Positions 62,037-64,000 of a stretch of 64,000 nucleotides of DNA are shown here, piece after piece. Source of the DNA: Octopus sinensis (taxonomy: Eukaryota); NCBI RefSeq assembly GCF_006345805.1, contig NC_043000.1, positions 2,728,001-2,792,000 of the forward strand, given 5' to 3'. Position 1 is the stretch's first letter. Every line of letters begins with the position of its first letter. Under the pieces are notes generated by a model. It did no database searches. It worked only from the letters and a program-made list of their open reading frames with translations, and was not told where the DNA came from. The translations under genes and the position numbers were made by a program.

Positions 62037-64000
62037 CATACATACATACATACATACATATGTACGTACATACATACATACATACATACATACATGCATG
62101 CATATAAATTATCATGATATCCAGGACAGTAAAAATCTACTAGACCTTCTTAAGATTCAAACAATGATGATCAAAAGAAGATTCTTCCCTTCACAGTCTT
62201 TCTATTAAATAGGTGGCTGGCTAAGATTTCACTCTAAATTAAAAAGAGGAAAAGAACATACATACATACATGCATAAATATATCATCAACAACAACAATA
62301 ACAACAACAATTTTACCACCACCACCATCTAATGTCTGTTTTCTATGCTGGTATGGATTGGATATTTCAACAGTAGCTGAGCCAAGTCCCAATATCTGCT
62401 TTGGCACAGTTTCTATGGATGGATGCCCTTCCTAACATCAATAACTGTACAGATTGTACTGAAAGCTTTTTATGTGGCACCAGCACCTGTGAGGTCACCA
62501 GATAACTTGCAAGATGAAAAGCCCCCTCACTTGAGCACGGTAAAGTATTAAGGGAGGTGGCTTTTGTGCCTAATGATGAACGGTAGGTATGATAAAAGGA
62601 CAAAAACGTGTATGAGAAACATGTCTACTTTATCCAGGAAGACTAAAAAGGCAAAGTTGACTTCATTAAAATTTGAACTCAAGATTTAATGAGTGATAAC
62701 TAAATACTGAAAATCATTTTGTTTGGCAGACACTTCAAAACATATACCAGTCCATCAACTGATTTGTCTCTAAAGAAGAGGTTAATAATATGACATATAA
62801 TATAATTATATTGTGATGTGTTTGGAGGACAGAAGCTGATTAGAAATAAACTGATAAAAACAGACATCTTTGAAGCTAAACATCTTTGACAACAACTATG
62901 AATTTGTTGTCTAATTAACAAACTCCATTAGATTCTCTGCTACTTTACACACCATTATACCAGTACACTTTAACATCTTGTCTTTTCTACTCCCAGAATG
63001 AAATGTTGTTTTCTACAATGGCAGTAAATTATCACAGCTGCTATTGCTACTGCTGTTGTTGTTTTTGTTGTTGTTGCTCTCACTATGTTTATAATATGTT
63101 ATTGAGGTTGTAGTTGATACAGTTGTTATTGTTGTCACTGGTTGATATAATTTTATTATTGTTGTGGTTGTTAATATTTTAGCTGTCTTATAATAAACCG
63201 TTGCTGGCCTCCACCGCTTCCTCGTCATCCCATCATCCTGTTGAAATTATCTGTCATTCAGTTTGGTTATTAGTGTTATTGGATGGTTAAGTACGTTATG
63301 GCTTTGCCATGGGAGGAGGTGTGACAGCACTTGTGACATTTATAGAACCTTCTAGACAGGTGAGAAGAAAGAGAAGAAGGAGAGAGAGCATGACTCATGT
63401 TTGCAGCTAACTATTACTGTAACCTTTGTATGCAGCTCAGCCAGAAATCAGTGGATGCAGCTGGGTGGATCTGCAAGCAAAGAGGAGGGCAGCCTCCCAA
63501 ATCATTAATCATTGGATACTGCCGGGTGTATCTAGTGGTAAGCCTTCACTGAAGAAGCATTTCCAACTGTTAGGTCTGTCATAACCCCTAGGGCTTATAA
63601 AGGCAGAACTTGATCTGAGCTGGCAGAAACGTTAGCACGCCGGGCGAAATGCTTAGCGGTATTTCGTCTGCCATTACACTGTGAGTTCAAATTCCGCTGA
63701 GGTCGACTTTACCTTTCATCCTTTCGGGGTCGATAAATTAAGTGCCAGTTACGCACTGGGGTCGATGTAATCGACTTAATACCTATGTCTGTCCTTGTTT
63801 GTCCCCTCTGTGTTTAGCCCCTTGTGGGTAATAAAGAAATAGGTATATAAGTGACTGAGATTACAATACTCCTCCACTGAATAGGACACTGGGTTAACTT
63901 CCTATTTACAGCTGAGTGAACTGGAGCAACATGAATTGAAGTGTTTTTTCTCATGAATACAACACACTGCATAGTGTGTATTTTGAAACAACAATCTTAT

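Overview
AT-rich, repeat-saturated eukaryotic DNA. The repeat repertoire (tRNA-headed SINEs, RTE-type (GAT)n-tailed repeats, dense microsatellites) points to an octopus/coleoid cephalopod; that assignment is from recall, not a search. The window holds one protein-coding gene, on the + strand: a 7-exon mitochondrial aminomethyltransferase (AMT, glycine cleavage T-protein). CDS = join(2205-2315, 17420-17797, 20812-20890, 22367-22512, 25852-26038, 37703-37819, 42020-42243), 1242 nt, 413 aa, all introns GT-AG with consistent phases. Almost every ORF in the supplied track is a microsatellite or SINE artefact. The rest is mobile DNA: several SINE families, MITEs (piggyBac-, mariner- and Merlin/MULE-like), two non-autonomous Helitrons, a Helitron helicase fossil, and LINE or transposase fragments (R4/Dong, Hero, RTE, Penelope-like, mariner). 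The most unusual signals are three local inverted duplications (two bracket AMT exons, one is 97.5% identical over 198 bp), a tRNA-Lys-type body with an Arg (CCT) anticodon in tandem with a second tRNA-like unit, telomere-repeat-bearing MITEs near the AMT 5' end, decayed hammerhead motifs, and one SINE head joined to five different bodies. I found no prokaryote-type system (CRISPR etc.) and no clear new protein system.
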